Shown here: positions 25,728 through 37,393 of the stretch, in pieces
Layout of the letters: the number at the start of each line of letters is the position of its first letter
Position numbering within the stretch: position 1 is the stretch's first letter
NCBI GenBank assembly: GCA_018819205.1
Contig: JAHJQE010000036.1
Location: 1,587 to 65,586 of the forward strand
Reading direction: 5' to 3'
Length of the DNA stretch: 64,000 nt
DNA from: Gammaproteobacteria bacterium
GTDB lineage: Bacteria; Pseudomonadota; Gammaproteobacteria; Burkholderiales; Gallionellaceae
Made by a program: the position numbers and the translations under genes
Notes under the pieces: generated by a model
The model's database searches: none
Told to the model about the DNA's origin: nothing
The model's input: only the letters and a program-made list of their open reading frames with translations

Positions 25728-25779
25728 TGAGTCGCTCGGCGTGACTGCGCTGAACGCAGGTGCAGAAGCCGAAGCCTGA
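25717..25779 (+). pseudogene. Displaced second copy of recA C-terminal tail ([20 protein letters not shown])
   Basis: Peptide matches current RecA end [12 protein letters not shown]; out of frame with recA; overlaps recX GTG. Confidence 0.8.
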
Positions 25780-26317
25780 GCACCTCGTTACACTTTCCGT
25801 TCGTCCTGAGTGCCGCGCAGAGCGCGGTGTATCGAAGGAGAACGGAAACCACTCGGCACACCCGGAAAAAAGTCTAAGGGAACGCGCCATGCGCTATCTG
25901 GCGCGGCGCGAGCATAGCCGTGGCGAACTGCGGCAAAAGCTGCAGCCGTATGTGCAGGAAGGCGAAGACCTGGATGCAGTGCTGGACGACATGGAAAGAC
26001 GCAACTGGCTTTCCGATGCGCGCGCAGCCACGCAACTGGTGGATGCCAAACGCGGCCGATTCGGTAGCCAGCGTATCGCCCACGAGCTGCGCCAGCGCGG
26101 TATCGGCGAAGATCTGATCGCCGGGGCGCTGCCCGAGCTGAAAGCCTCCGAGCTGGAAACCGCGCGCGATGTGTGGCAACGCAAGTTCGGCCAACCTCCG
26201 CAGGAAGCCAAGGAAAAGGCGCGACAGATGCGTTTTTTGCAGTCGCGTGGATTCTCCACTGATGTGATCCTCAAAGTCCTGAAATCAGCCGCCGGTAGTC
26301 TGGCCGACGAGAGCTGA
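25760..26317 (+). CDS. recX: Regulatory protein RecX (start uncertain)
   Basis: SLRERAMRYLARREHSR, WLSDAR, RFLQSRGFS. Confidence 0.93.
   Translation: MQKPKPEHLVTLSVRPECRAERGVSKENGNHSAHPEKSLRERAMRYLARREHSRGELRQKLQPYVQEGEDLDAVLDDMERRNWLSDARAATQLVDAKRGRFGSQRIAHELRQRGIGEDLIAGALPELKASELETARDVWQRKFGQPPQEAKEKARQMRFLQSRGFSTDVILKVLKSAAGSLADES
25794..25848. repeat. 55-nt palindromic element in recX 5' region
   Basis: TTTCCGTTC/GAACGGAAA outer stem, TCCT/AGGA, GCCGCGC-AGA-GCGCGGT inner stem. Confidence 0.75.
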
Positions 26318-26415
26318 AGCCATGCCCTAACTGTCTGTCAAATGGTATGATTCGTGCCGTGATGCCGCCTGTTGGGCGGCGTGTTTATTGAACGATTGCG
26401 GCCAGCGGTGACCAG

Positions 26416-29037
<2,622 letters not shown>

Positions 29038-29104
29038 TTTCACTACCCGAAGTTTGGGCGGTCATTGCTGCAACACTGGGCATCATTTGAGACGGGGAAG
29101 GCTG

Positions 29105-29563
29105 ATGTTGAAGCAGTCTGGCGACACGATCCTGCTGGTCGAGAACGAGGAAGAGGCGATCCTGCTGGTGCAGCAGGCGGTAGCCAGTTGCCCCGGCGAA
29201 CTGTATCTGGCCGTGGTGCAAGATAGTGTCGCCGCGCTGGACTGGTTGTCTGCCGAAACTGCTCACGGCCATCCCGTGCCGCGCCTGATCCTGATCGATC
29301 TCAAGTTACCCAAGCTGCTCGGACTCGCCGTGCTGCGTACGCTGCGTATGGATAGTCGTCTGACACATGTACCTATCGTGGTCTTTTCAGAAAGCCACGA
29401 ACCTTCAGACGTGGTGCTTTCCTATCAGATCGGTGCCAACAGTTTTGTGCGCAAGCCGGAGAATCTGGCGGAGTTCAGTCAGCTGATGCGCGATCTGATC
29501 GAGTTGGGTTGGCTGGACGAGCACGGCATGGGCAAGACGCTGCAGCAGACCATCCATTCCTGA
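29105..29563 (+). CDS. Single-domain response regulator (Rcp1-like)
   Basis: ILLVEN, LILIDLKLP, GANSFVRKP. Confidence 0.85.
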   Translation: MLKQSGDTILLVENEEEAILLVQQAVASCPGELYLAVVQDSVAALDWLSAETAHGHPVPRLILIDLKLPKLLGLAVLRTLRMDSRLTHVPIVVFSESHEPSDVVLSYQIGANSFVRKPENLAEFSQLMRDLIELGWLDEHGMGKTLQQTIHS

Positions 29564-29575
29564 ATCGCGTGCGCT

Positions 29576-30952
29576 TCAGAACGGTAGCATCAGATCCGGT
29601 GCCGCATCCCGTAACACTTTCCTGAAATCTTCCTGTATGCGCTTGAGAGCAGCTTCGTTGTCTGCCTCGAATCGCAGTACGATGGCGGGCGTTGTATTGG
29701 AAGGGCGCATCAGGCCGAAGCCGTCGGCGTATTCCACGCGCAATCCGTCGATAGTGATGATGTCCTTTGCATCCGCGAATCGGGCTTCGCTCTGCAGCCG
29801 GGCGATCAGGGCATGGTTCTCACCCTCCGCGGTGCGGATGTGCAACTCGGGCGTGTTCACCGAGTCGGGCAGGGCATGCAACACCTCACTCGCATCATCG
29901 AACTTGCTCAATATCTCCAACAATCTTGCGCCGGCATACAGGCCGTCGTCGAAACCGTACCAGTGTTCCTTGAAAAACACATGGCCGGTCATTTCGCCCG
30001 CGAGCATCGCGCCGGTCTCTTTCATTCTGGCTTTGATCAGCGAATGGCCGGTCTTCCACATCGAAGGTGTGCCGCCATGCTCGCGTATCCAGGGGAACAA
30101 TCTTCCCGAGCACTTGACGTCGAAGATCACCTCCGCGCCGGGATGGCGCGCGAGCAGATCGGCAGCGAACAGCATCAACTGACGGTCCGGGAAGATGACG
30201 CGGCCGTCTTTGGTGACGACACCCAGCCGGTCGGCATCGCCGTCGAAGGCCAGTCCCAACTCGCTGTCGCTAGCACGCAAACTGGCGATCAGGTCGGCAA
30301 GATTGCCCGGATCGGACGGATCGGGATGGTGGTTGGGGAAGTTGCCGTCCACTTCGCAGAACAACTCGCTCACCTCGCAACCCAGACCGCGATAGAGTTC
30401 TGCGGCAAAATCGCCAGCCACCCCATTGCCGCAATCCACCGTGAGCTTCATCGGTCGGGCCAGACGGATGTCGCCGATGATGCGTGTCATGTATTCCGGC
30501 GCGATGTCATATCTGGAATAATCGCCGTCGCCGTGGGTCAGCTCGCCGCTATCAATACGTACGCGCAAACCTTGGATCGCAGCACCCGACAGCGCCTCTC
30601 CGTCCAGCACGATCTTCAGGCCGTTGTACTCGGGCGGATTGTGACTGCCGGTGATTATCACCGCGCAGCCGGTCTTGAGCTGGAACGCGGCGAAGTAGGC
30701 CATGGGGGTGGTGATGCGGCCAAGGTCGATCACGTCGACCCCGCTTTGCCGGATGCCGTGAGCCAGTGCATGAGCGAAGGCCGGGCCGGACAAACGGCCG
30801 TCAAAGCCGATCGCGATGCTTTGCTGCTGGCGCGATTTGGCCTCCGAGCCGATGGCGTGGCCGATGAGGGTGACGATGCCGTCGGTCAGTGACTTGCCGA
30901 CGATGCCGCGTATGTCGTAAGCCTTGAATATCTCGGCGGGTACGGCGGACAT
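29576..30952 (-). CDS. Phosphomannomutase/phosphoglucomutase (AlgC-like)
   Basis: FKAYDIRG, TGSHNP, FDGDADR, AGEMTGH. Confidence 0.96.
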   Translation of the reverse strand: MSAVPAEIFKAYDIRGIVGKSLTDGIVTLIGHAIGSEAKSRQQQSIAIGFDGRLSGPAFAHALAHGIRQSGVDVIDLGRITTPMAYFAAFQLKTGCAVIITGSHNPPEYNGLKIVLDGEALSGAAIQGLRVRIDSGELTHGDGDYSRYDIAPEYMTRIIGDIRLARPMKLTVDCGNGVAGDFAAELYRGLGCEVSELFCEVDGNFPNHHPDPSDPGNLADLIASLRASDSELGLAFDGDADRLGVVTKDGRVIFPDRQLMLFAADLLARHPGAEVIFDVKCSGRLFPWIREHGGTPSMWKTGHSLIKARMKETGAMLAGEMTGHVFFKEHWYGFDDGLYAGARLLEILSKFDDASEVLHALPDSVNTPELHIRTAEGENHALIARLQSEARFADAKDIITIDGLRVEYADGFGLMRPSNTTPAIVLRFEADNEAALKRIQEDFRKVLRDAAPDLMLPF

Positions 30953-30955
30953 GCC

Positions 30956-31960
30956 CTATCGGTCGGGAAGGTGTCTTGCCACTTCCTGCGGCGTCAGTTG
31001 CAGCATGCAGTTGAAATGCCCCAGCGGACATTCACGTTTGAAGCAGGGGCTGCACGGCAGGTCGAGCTTGAGCACCCTTGCCTGATCGGACAGCGGTGGA
31101 GTGAATTGCGGGCTGCTGGAACCGAAGATCGCCAGCATCGGTCTGTCCAGTGCGGCGGCGATATGCATCAGGCCGGAATCGTTGCTCACCACCAGCTTGG
31201 CGCATGAGAGCAGGGCGATGGCGTCCGTGAGGTCGGTCGAGCCACACAGATTGCGACAGGGTTCATTGCCGAGCGCAACGATCTTGTCGGCCACTTCCTT
31301 GTCCTTGGGAGAACCGATCAGCCATACCGCATAACCTTTATTGCGCAATCGCTGAGCGAGTTCGGCGTAGTAGTGCGCAGGCCAGCGTTTGGCAGGCCCG
31401 TATTCTGCGCCGGGGCAGAACACGGCGACCGGTTTGTCCAGCGTCAGCCCCAACTTTTCCAGCGCGGCCTGACGCTGTGCATCGCTGGCCTGCAGCTTGG
31501 GGGCGGGGATGGGACGAACGATGTCCGTGTCGCGTTCTTCGGCCAGTGCGGCGAAGCGTTCGACCATCAGTGGCAGTTTGCGTTTATCCAGCTTGCGTGC
31601 GTCGTTGAGCAGTCCGTAGCGCATCTCGCCGGTGAATCCGGTGCGCAGGGGAATCTCTGCGAACCAGGGCACCAGCGCGGATTTGAGCGAGTTGGGCAGC
31701 ACGATCGCCTGATCATAACTTTGGGCACGCAGTTGCTTGCCCAAAGCGCGCCGTGCGCCGAGTTGCAGTGCGCCATGCGGGAATGGATTGAGGATGACCT
31801 CACCGACTTCAGGTATCTGGCGCAGCAGTTTTTCTGTCCACGGCGGAGCCAGCACGTCTATCTGCACGCCGGGGTGACGCTGCGCCAGTCTTTGCAGCAT
31901 GGGCTGCATCAGGACACAGTCGCCTACCCAACTGGGTGCGACGACGAGGATTTTTTTCAT
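30956..31960 (-). CDS. waaF: LPS heptosyltransferase II
   Basis: APSWVGD, PNSLKSAL, PGAEYGPAKRW, NDSGLMH. Confidence 0.96.
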   Translation of the reverse strand: MKKILVVAPSWVGDCVLMQPMLQRLAQRHPGVQIDVLAPPWTEKLLRQIPEVGEVILNPFPHGALQLGARRALGKQLRAQSYDQAIVLPNSLKSALVPWFAEIPLRTGFTGEMRYGLLNDARKLDKRKLPLMVERFAALAEERDTDIVRPIPAPKLQASDAQRQAALEKLGLTLDKPVAVFCPGAEYGPAKRWPAHYYAELAQRLRNKGYAVWLIGSPKDKEVADKIVALGNEPCRNLCGSTDLTDAIALLSCAKLVVSNDSGLMHIAAALDRPMLAIFGSSSPQFTPPLSDQARVLKLDLPCSPCFKRECPLGHFNCMLQLTPQEVARHLPDR

Positions 31961-31970
31961 CTTGCCGTTC

Positions 31971-32171
31971 TCAGTGAGCGCTGTGGGGCAACTCGCCCTT
32001 GAATTTGTAGCGTGTACCGCAGTATGGGCAGACTGCCTCACCCAGCTTTTCAACCGGGATGGCGACGCGCGGGTGGGCGCTCCACAAGCTCACCGAAGGT
32101 GTCGGGCAGAACAGCGGCAATGCTTCCGCCGTGACTTCTACATAGCGTTGCGTAATTTGATCGTTGGACAT
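31971..32171 (-). CDS. Zinc-finger (zf-CHCC) small protein
   Basis: LFCP...HPRV...CPYCG pattern. Confidence 0.85.
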   Translation of the reverse strand: MSNDQITQRYVEVTAEALPLFCPTPSVSLWSAHPRVAIPVEKLGEAVCPYCGTRYKFKGELPHSAH

Positions 32172-32193
32172 GCTTCCCCCTTGAGACTATTTG

Positions 32194-33114
32194 TTATACG
32201 TGAGCCAGCCAAGCCGCGTATTTATCGTTCTTGCCAGCGACGATATCGAAGAACGCTGCCTGCAACTTGGTGGTCACCGGGCCGCGGCTACCGCTACCGA
32301 TGGTGCGAGTATCCAGTTCTCGGATGGGTGTCACTTCTGCGGCGGTGCCAGTGAAGAAGGCCTCCTCGGCGCAATACACCTCGTCGCGCGTGATGCGCTT
32401 CTCGATCAGTTCCAGCCCCATATCCTTGGCCAGCGTGATGATGGAATCGCGGGTGATGCCTTCCAGGCACGAGGTCAGGTCAGGCGTGTACAACTTGCCC
32501 TTCTTAACGATGAAGATATTCTCGCCCGCACCTTCGGCCACGTAACCGTCCACGTCAAGCAACAAAGCCTCGTCATAACCGTCATTGGCAACTTCCTGAT
32601 GCGCCAGGATGGAATTGGTATACGTGCCGACGGACTTGGAGCGGCACATGTTCACGTTCACATGGTGGCGGGTGAAGCTGGAAGTCTTGACGCGAATGCC
32701 CTTGGACATGCCTTCTTCGCCCAGATAGGCGCCCCACGGCCATGCGGCGATGGCGACATGCACGCTGACATTGTTGGCCGCGATACCCATGGCTTCGGAG
32801 CCGTAGAACACGATAGGGCGGATGTAGCACGACTCGAGCTTGTTGGCGCGCACCACTTCCTTCTGTGCTTCGATCAGGGTTTTCTTGTCATATGGCATCT
32901 TCATTTTGAAGATGTAGGCAGAGTTGAACAGGCGGTCGGTATGTTCTTGCAGACGGAAGATCGCCGTGCCCTGAGTCGTCTTGTAAGCGCGCACGCCCTC
33001 GAACACGCCCATGCCGTAATGCAGTGTATGGGTCAGAACATGGGTGGTGGCATCGCGCCAGGGGACGAGCTTGCCGTCGTGCCAGATGAAGCCGTCGCGG
33101 TCGGACATGGACAT
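32194..33114 (-). CDS. ilvE: Branched-chain amino acid aminotransferase
   Basis: [31 protein letters not shown]. Confidence 0.98.
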   Translation of the reverse strand: MSMSDRDGFIWHDGKLVPWRDATTHVLTHTLHYGMGVFEGVRAYKTTQGTAIFRLQEHTDRLFNSAYIFKMKMPYDKKTLIEAQKEVVRANKLESCYIRPIVFYGSEAMGIAANNVSVHVAIAAWPWGAYLGEEGMSKGIRVKTSSFTRHHVNVNMCRSKSVGTYTNSILAHQEVANDGYDEALLLDVDGYVAEGAGENIFIVKKGKLYTPDLTSCLEGITRDSIITLAKDMGLELIEKRITRDEVYCAEEAFFTGTAAEVTPIRELDTRTIGSGSRGPVTTKLQAAFFDIVAGKNDKYAAWLAHV

Positions 33115-33280
33115 GGTGATTTCCTTGAAAGCGTTGGGTTTGAATTCGGGGTGGGGATTCTAGCTGTTTCCAGTCTGATTATGAAGGTGCACGAACGCCA
33201 TAACACGCAATTGAGGCATATCGCTTTGTCGGGCCTTAAGGTAATATCGGGCCCATTGTGTCGCAGGGCCAAGGGGCGGT

Positions 33281-34597
33281 ATGGTGCATCACATCAGTAC
33301 TAAGCAAATAATTCCAGAGATTCTTGATACGCAGGAAGACAAGCTGCGCAAGAGCCTGCTCATCTTTGCAGCCGCTTTTATGACCTTCGCCGTGATGTTC
33401 TGGCTGGCTATCTACTGGATGATGGGATTGAACTTCTCCAGCAACGTCCCGTTGGCATATCAGATTATTTCTGTAGGTTCTCTGGCCCACTATATGAAGA
33501 AGCGCAACTTCGAAGTGTTGCGTTTCGTTCAGCTGAATCTGTTCCTGTTTGCACCTTTCATCATGCAGTGGAGCATAGGCAGCTCCATTACTTCCAGTGG
33601 TGTAGCGCTGTGGGCCTTGCTGGCACCGATCGGCGCGTTGGTGGTGTCTGGTTGGAAGGAATCCATACCCTGGTTCGTGGCCTATATGGTGCTGACGGGT
33701 GTGTCTGGCTTCTTCGATTTCTATCTGGGTTCAGGCTATACAAGCGGCATTCCGCTGAACACCATCGGTTTCTTCTTTGCGCTCAACTTCGCCGCGATGT
33801 CTGCCATCCTGTATTTCCTGGTGCGCTACTTCGTGATCGAGACGGAAAAGATCAAGCACCAGCTGGATGATCAGCATGCCTTGCTGGCAGAGGAACAGAA
33901 GAAATCCGAGCGCGTGCTGTTCAACGTGCTGCCTTCGAACATCGCCGAGCGCCTGAAGAGTAACGAGGGCCTGATCGCGGATGGCTATGCAGACGTGACA
34001 GTGATGTTTGCCGATCTGGTCAACTTCACCCAGCTCACCGAGCAGATGTCGCCGGAGCAGATGGTCGGCCTGCTCAATACAGTGTTCTCCGGTTTTGACG
34101 AACTGTCCGAGAAATACGGATTGGAGAAGATCAAGACGATCGGTGATGCCTATATGGTGGTGGGGGGGCTGACGCGCGAGCGTCCTGACTATGCGGCAGA
34201 TGTGGTGAACATGGGGCTGGAAATGATCGAATTCGTCAACAAGCATCCCTTGTCAGCCAAGCGTAATCTGGGTGTGCACATCGGTATCGCGACCGGCCCG
34301 GTCGTGGCGGGTGTGATCGGTACCAAGCGTTTCATCTACGACCTGTGGGGCGATACCGTGAATATCGCCAGCCGTCTGACTGACGATGCCAAGGCTGGCT
34401 ATATTCTGACCGACCGCCTGACCTTCAACCGTCTGCGTCACGAATACCTGTTCGAGCCGCCTAACGTGTTGAACATCAAAGGCAAGGGCGAATTGACATC
34501 CTATCGACTGACCGGCCGGGCAGAGGTCAAGATTGACGCTGGCAAGAACAACGTCTACCAATTACCACCACAGGGTGATGCACCGGCCGTCGCCTGA
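33281..34597 (+). CDS. Membrane-bound class III adenylate cyclase
   Basis: Multi-TM N-terminus; FADLVNFT, KIKTIGDAYM, YDLWGDTVNIASR with ATP-specifying K and D. Confidence 0.92.
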   Translation: MVHHISTKQIIPEILDTQEDKLRKSLLIFAAAFMTFAVMFWLAIYWMMGLNFSSNVPLAYQIISVGSLAHYMKKRNFEVLRFVQLNLFLFAPFIMQWSIGSSITSSGVALWALLAPIGALVVSGWKESIPWFVAYMVLTGVSGFFDFYLGSGYTSGIPLNTIGFFFALNFAAMSAILYFLVRYFVIETEKIKHQLDDQHALLAEEQKKSERVLFNVLPSNIAERLKSNEGLIADGYADVTVMFADLVNFTQLTEQMSPEQMVGLLNTVFSGFDELSEKYGLEKIKTIGDAYMVVGGLTRERPDYAADVVNMGLEMIEFVNKHPLSAKRNLGVHIGIATGPVVAGVIGTKRFIYDLWGDTVNIASRLTDDAKAGYILTDRLTFNRLRHEYLFEPPNVLNIKGKGELTSYRLTGRAEVKIDAGKNNVYQLPPQGDAPAVA

Positions 34598-37291
34598 TCA
34601 CTGCCCGAACAGCATATTCCACAAGGTTGTCACAGCAGAGGTATCTAGTCTGCCTTGCGCTATGCGTGAGGTAGTCTGGTTGTTCAAGCGCATCTGATGC
34701 TGCAATCTGCGTAATTCACGGTAGTGTGCCTGCAAGGCGGTGCTGACGTCCCGATCGATCAGTTGCAGTTCAGCCGCCGTGTGCAGCAATGCCAGGTTGC
34801 CACTGTTCGCCGCCAATTGCGGATAGCGGGAGGCATACGCCAGCACGATGAACTGCACCATGAATTCGATATCCACCATGCCGCCACTGTCGTGCTTGAT
34901 ATCGAACAACTCTGTCGGATTCGGATGTCCGTCATGCATCTTCTGGCGCATCTCCTTCACATCCACTTTCAGTTTTTCGAAATCGCGCGGCATGCACAAT
35001 ATCGCTTTACGTATCTGTTCGAACTTCTCGCCCACAGCCGGATCGCCGGCACAGAAACGCGCCCGCGTCAGTGCTTGATGCTCCCATACCCAGGCATGTT
35101 CGCGCTGGTAGGATTCGAATGCCTCGGTCGAGCTGACCAGCAGGCCACTGTCACCGTTCGGACGCAGTCGCAGATCGACCTCGTACAGCCGCCCGGCGGC
35201 GGTGTAGCTGGAGATCAGCGTGTTGATGCGCTGTCCCAGTCGTGCATAGATCTGCCCGGCCTCCGGATCGGCATCCTCATAGAGAAACACCAGATCAAGG
35301 TCTGAGGCATAACCCAGCTCCTTGCCTCCCAACTTGCCATAGGCGATCACCGCGAACTTGGGCTGTTCGATGTGTTTCTTGCGCGCATCACGCCAGCACA
35401 GGCGCAACACATGTCGCAGGATCAGATCTGCCAGATCGCTCAGGTGGTCACTCAGCTTTTCCAGTGGCAACACTCCCTGTAGATCCATCGCCAGCAAGTG
35501 GAAGGTCTGCACCTGCCGGAACTGTCGCAATACGTCCATTTCGCGCTCGGTGTCGCCATGGTGGGAATCGAGCTGCGCTAACAACTGTTCGTCCAGTACT
35601 TTCCAGTCCGGAGCCTCATACAGTTCGCGCGCGTCAAGCAATTCATCCAGCAGGATGGGGTGCTGTGCCAGATAGTCCCCTGCCCAGGCGCTGGCGCCGA
35701 GGATGCGCATCAACCTCGGCAGCGCCTGAGGATATTCAGCGAGAAACGCCAGATAGGCCGCGCGGCGGGCGATGGCTTCCAGCAGATTGAGCGCGCGCCG
35801 CAGTGCGGCATCGGCATTCGGTTCGGCCGCGCACAGTTTGATAAAGCGCGGTACCAGACTGTCCATGCGTTGTCTGCTGATCTCGGGCAATTGTCGATAA
35901 CGGCCGCTGGCACGCATCTGCAACAGTATGTCGGCGATTTCGGTCGCCTCGGCATAACCCGCGGCAGTGAGCTGCTTCGCCAAGGCATCATGGTCGCCAT
36001 TCGCATGCCAGAGACTGTCGTCGCTCCCTCCCTGCTTGCTGCCGAAGACGGCTTCAAACTGTGTGCTGACGAATTCCCGCAGCGGGTCCAGATCCGCCAA
36101 CAGGGCGGCATAGTCGGCATAACCCATGGCGCGAGCAATGATGGAGCGTTGTTCATCGCCCTCCGGCAGCATCTGCGTCTGCTGGTCGTCCAGATATTGC
36201 AGGCGGTGTTCCAGATTGCGCAGGAACACATAACTTTCATCCAGCCGTTGCACCACATCGGCTTGCAGTTCGCCTTCCTGTGCGAGCAGTTGCAAGACCT
36301 TGCGGGTGGGCTTGATGCGCAGGCGGGCGTCACGTCCGCCACGAATCAGCTGGAATACCTGGGCGATGAACTCTATCTCGCGGATGCCGCCGGCACCGAG
36401 CTTGATATTGTCCTGACGGTCGCGGCGCACGACTTCGGCACGTATCTGCACATGCAGTTTGCGCATGGAGTCGAAGGCACCGAAATCCAGATATTTGCGG
36501 AACACGAAGGGCTGCGCCAGTTTCTCCAGTTCGGCGATGCGTGAGTCGCCAAATGGCGAGATGACGCGCGCCTTGATCCAGGCATAGCGTTCCCATTCAC
36601 GACCCTGTGCCACCAGATATTCCTCCAGCGCGGCGAAGCTCATCGCCAGCGGGCCGCTGTCACCATAGGGCCGCAGACGCATGTCTACACGGAACACATA
36701 GCCGTCAGCGGTGAGGTCGTTCACCAGCGCGATCACTTTACGTCCCAGCCGGCTGAAGAACTCATGGTTGGAGAGGGTGCGTGCGCCGTTCGTTTCGCCT
36801 TCTTCCGGGTAGACGAAGATGAGGTCGATGTCGGATGAGACGTTCAGTTCGCCGCCCCCCAGCTTGCCCATGCCGATCACCAGCATCTGCTGCGGTTCGC
36901 CACTTTCAACGCCGACAGGTTGGCCGAACTGGGCGGTCAAGGTTTCCATCATCAGCGCCTGAGCGCGTTGCACGGCCAGTTCGGCCAGCATGGTCATGGC
37001 GCTCATTACTTCTTCCAGTCCGCACAGGCCGCCCAGATCGCGCAGTATCAGATGCAACATCACGCGTTTGCGCAGCAAGCGCAGGGCACGCGAAAGTTGC
37101 GTCTCGTCGCCTGCGGGATGCGCGTCCAGCCAGCGCCGGATCAAAGTCTCGTCGGCAGGTGAGCGGTGGTCGGCGCGCAAGGTTTCCAGCCAAGCGGGTT
37201 CCGCATCCAGCAATCTGGAAAAGTAGCGGCTGCACTGGGTGGCATGCAGGACGAGTTGCTCGAAATCGTTGCTAGGTTCGGGGTTTTTCAT
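34598..37291 (-). CDS. glnE: Glutamine synthetase adenylyltransferase
   Basis: Two NT domains: GMGKLGGGELNVSSDIDL and YGKLGGKELGYASDLDL. Confidence 0.98.
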   Translation of the reverse strand: MKNPEPSNDFEQLVLHATQCSRYFSRLLDAEPAWLETLRADHRSPADETLIRRWLDAHPAGDETQLSRALRLLRKRVMLHLILRDLGGLCGLEEVMSAMTMLAELAVQRAQALMMETLTAQFGQPVGVESGEPQQMLVIGMGKLGGGELNVSSDIDLIFVYPEEGETNGARTLSNHEFFSRLGRKVIALVNDLTADGYVFRVDMRLRPYGDSGPLAMSFAALEEYLVAQGREWERYAWIKARVISPFGDSRIAELEKLAQPFVFRKYLDFGAFDSMRKLHVQIRAEVVRRDRQDNIKLGAGGIREIEFIAQVFQLIRGGRDARLRIKPTRKVLQLLAQEGELQADVVQRLDESYVFLRNLEHRLQYLDDQQTQMLPEGDEQRSIIARAMGYADYAALLADLDPLREFVSTQFEAVFGSKQGGSDDSLWHANGDHDALAKQLTAAGYAEATEIADILLQMRASGRYRQLPEISRQRMDSLVPRFIKLCAAEPNADAALRRALNLLEAIARRAAYLAFLAEYPQALPRLMRILGASAWAGDYLAQHPILLDELLDARELYEAPDWKVLDEQLLAQLDSHHGDTEREMDVLRQFRQVQTFHLLAMDLQGVLPLEKLSDHLSDLADLILRHVLRLCWRDARKKHIEQPKFAVIAYGKLGGKELGYASDLDLVFLYEDADPEAGQIYARLGQRINTLISSYTAAGRLYEVDLRLRPNGDSGLLVSSTEAFESYQREHAWVWEHQALTRARFCAGDPAVGEKFEQIRKAILCMPRDFEKLKVDVKEMRQKMHDGHPNPTELFDIKHDSGGMVDIEFMVQFIVLAYASRYPQLAANSGNLALLHTAAELQLIDRDVSTALQAHYRELRRLQHQMRLNNQTTSRIAQGRLDTSAVTTLWNMLFGQ

Positions 37292-37393
37292 GGCTGGTTT
37301 CGGTTAAAATATGGGCCGTACATCCTGCATCGCATTATAGTCTTCCATGTTCCACTGCTTCTCATATCGTCGCGAAATCTGGCGCGCCGCCGC

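Noticed and set aside
29105-29563. EN instead of ED/DD in the response regulator acidic pocket as a pseudo-receiver
   Set aside because: Phospho-Asp, Ser and Lys are all retained; the variation is within the normal range
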